64,000 nt of DNA from an uncultured delta proteobacterium. Its GTDB lineage: Bacteria; Desulfobacterota; Binatia; UBA9968. The position numbers were made by a program, and so were the translations under genes. Below are positions 62,201 to 64,000 of this stretch, in pieces; the stretch's first letter is position 1, and every line of letters starts with the position of its first letter. The stretch lies in assembly GCA_963847445.1 (NCBI GenBank), contig CAWJZV010000045.1:1-64000 (forward strand), read 5' to 3'. The notes beneath the pieces are model-generated. The model searched no databases. It saw only the letters and a program-made list of their open reading frames with translations, and was not told where the DNA came from.

Positions 62201-64000
62201 TTACGAGCGCCAGCGCCGTTTCCATCCGAAGCCGCTTTGCCAACGCCGTCCCGACGGTGCTGGAGCGCTGACATTGTCACTGGAGCGAATCGCATTGACC
62301 ATGTCGTCAAGTTTGAGCAGTTTTTCCCGCTGGGCCTCGGTCAAGTTGGGATCGCCCATGACGAATGCGTTGTCGGCCGGTATGGCTGACTGTTCTTCCT
62401 CGGCTAACTGCTGGCGCAAGGCGTCGAGCTGCTGGCGATGTTCTTGTTCGATTCCGGCGATGATCGCTTGGCGCTCTTCCAGGGCCCACTCCTTTTGACT
62501 GAGTTCGGCCTGCAGCAGCGCTAACTGCGCCTGAAACCCGGTGCGCATACTCTCGGCTTCGCCGCTGGCGTTACTTTGGGCGTGGACAGCGTGGGACTCT
62601 AATTGACTGAAGCGCTCGGCCAAACTGTCCAGGTCGTTTTTCACCCGCACCAACTCATCGTTGCGGCTTTGCAGGATCTGATTGCGTTCTTGGGCTTCGC
62701 CGATCAGCCGATCGATCTCGCTGCGTAGAGCTTGCTCGCTGTCGGAATTAGCGCCGGCGCGGTCCTGAAGCTCGGCGGAACGCTCGACCAGTTCGCGTTT
62801 GAGCGTATCGACACGCGCTGCATATTCTTGGCGCAGCTGTTCGGTGCGGCTGTTGGCGCTGACTTCGGTCTGCTGCAATGTGCTTTGCAGCTCTTCAATC
62901 CGGCTGTGCAATAGGGTGAGCTGCGCTTGCGCTTGGTCAACTTCCCGTCGATGCTCTTCGCTCGCTCTATGCTGCTCGCTTAGATTCGCTTCAAGTTGTT
63001 CCACCTGGCTGCGATGGCGCGCTGCAAGATCATCCATGGCCGCCTGTTGGTGCGCCACCGCGGAAGATCCTTGGTGCAGTTCGTTGCGCAGGGCGGCGAG
63101 CTCGCTCTCCAGACCGCTCTTAGCCTGGCTGATCTCACGCGCTTCGCTTTCGGTGCGCGCGCTAACCGATTCCAACTGCACGAGGCGATTCTGTACCGAG
63201 GTCATTTCCGCGCGCACGCGGTTGAGCTCGTCCTCCCGGCTCTGCAACGCCGAAGTGCGCGACTGTATTTCGCTGTGCAGGCGGCTGAGTTCGCCACGCA
63301 ACGACGCTTCGACATTGGCTCGGACCGCGTCGCTGTTGGCCATCTCCGCCGACTTTATTGCCAGCAGCGAGTTGACGGTTTCCAACCGGGCGGCGTATTC
63401 CTGACGAATCTGCTCGGCCTGGCTGGCGCCGGCGGCCTGGGCTTGCTGCAGCGCGCCGCGCAGTTCTTCGACCTGCCGCTGCAAGCCATTGGCGCGAGTG
63501 AGCGCTTGTTCTAGTTCCCGCGATTGCTGTTCGATGACCGGTTGTTGCTCGCTCAGCCGCGCTTCCTGTTTGCGCATCTGCTCGCGGTGGATCTGCGCCA
63601 GGTTCTCGACACTGGCCTGGTGCTGTGCCAGCGACCAGGCTTTTTGTTGCAACTCGTTGCGCAGGGCGCTGAGTTCGCTTTCCAAGGCGTCGCGGCCCTG
63701 GGCAAGTTCGCGGGCGGCATCGGCCTTGGTCTGGTTGTGGAGCGCGTCAAGGTTTTCAAGTTCGCTGCGCAGCTGTGCGCGCTCGGCTGCGACCACGGCC
63801 ATGGCGGTTTGGCTGCTTTTTAGCAGCGCCTCGAGTTCAGCAACGCAGTCTCTCGATTCCTGCAGCTCGCCACGCAAACCGGCGTTGGCGCCGTGTGCCT
63901 GATCGAGCTCGACTTTCAGCGCGGTCTGACTGGACAATAGCTCGTCGCGCGCCGTAGTTAGCTGAGCGATTTCGGTGCTGTGTTGCGCCTGGGAATCTTG
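62201..64000 (-). CDS. Long coiled-coil protein (5' end beyond the window)
   Basis: More than 570 aa of E/Q/L/A-rich heptads with internal repeats (LESELxALRNELQ, LQQKAWSL/LSQKEWAL) and a basic Trp-rich C-terminus. Confidence 0.8.
   Translation of the reverse strand, partial: QDSQAQHSTEIAQLTTARDELLSSQTALKVELDQAHGANAGLRGELQESRDCVAELEALLKSSQTAMAVVAAERAQLRSELENLDALHNQTKADAARELAQGRDALESELSALRNELQQKAWSLAQHQASVENLAQIHREQMRKQEARLSEQQPVIEQQSRELEQALTRANGLQRQVEELRGALQQAQAAGASQAEQIRQEYAARLETVNSLLAIKSAEMANSDAVRANVEASLRGELSRLHSEIQSRTSALQSREDELNRVRAEMTSVQNRLVQLESVSARTESEAREISQAKSGLESELAALRNELHQGSSAVAHQQAAMDDLAARHRSQVEQLEANLSEQHRASEEHRREVDQAQAQLTLLHSRIEELQSTLQQTEVSANSRTEQLRQEYAARVDTLKRELVERSAELQDRAGANSDSEQALRSEIDRLIGEAQERNQILQSRNDELVRVKNDLDSLAERFSQLESHAVHAQSNASGEAESMRTGFQAQLALLQAELSQKEWALEERQAIIAGIEQEHRQQLDALRQQLAEEEQSAIPADNAFVMGDPNLTEAQREKLLKLDDMVNAIRSSDNVSAPAPSGRRWQSGFGWKRRWRS

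Overview
A GC-rich (about 60%) bacterial window. The gene content suggests Candidatus Binatia/Binatota or a related deltaproteobacterium, but this is inference only. Many single-base frameshifts, including in clpB and hemH, point to a long-read or MAG assembly. (1) 134-2077: a complete group II intron (RT/maturase, no endonuclease domain). It sits at the apex of a GTAG-type REP hairpin, and an intron-free relative of that repeat is visible at 29811-29979. (2) 2503-28783: a co-oriented extracellular contractile injection system (eCIS, Afp/PVC-like, DUF6519 type). It encodes Pvc16, an AAA+ ATPase, three DUF4157 cargo/effector proteins, hub, spike, PAAR-like tip, gp25, two baseplate-J proteins and beta-helix fibres. 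Sheath and tube genes are not in the window and probably lie upstream. (3) 28.8-64 kb: mostly metabolic and housekeeping genes, including amidohydrolases, RNase HI, S1/P1 nuclease, acyl-CoA ligase, PrpD, two CaiB paralogs each followed by a toxin-antitoxin pair, hemE-hemH-hemY, dinB, two MFS transporters, clpB, and two KaiC-like ATPases with a long coiled-coil protein. The intergenic DNA holds a nested set of non-coding elements. Three families of conserved-end 'shells' (A, B, C) carry interchangeable REP-like hairpin cargo and insert at fixed positions inside one another. No tRNA, rRNA or CRISPR array was seen.
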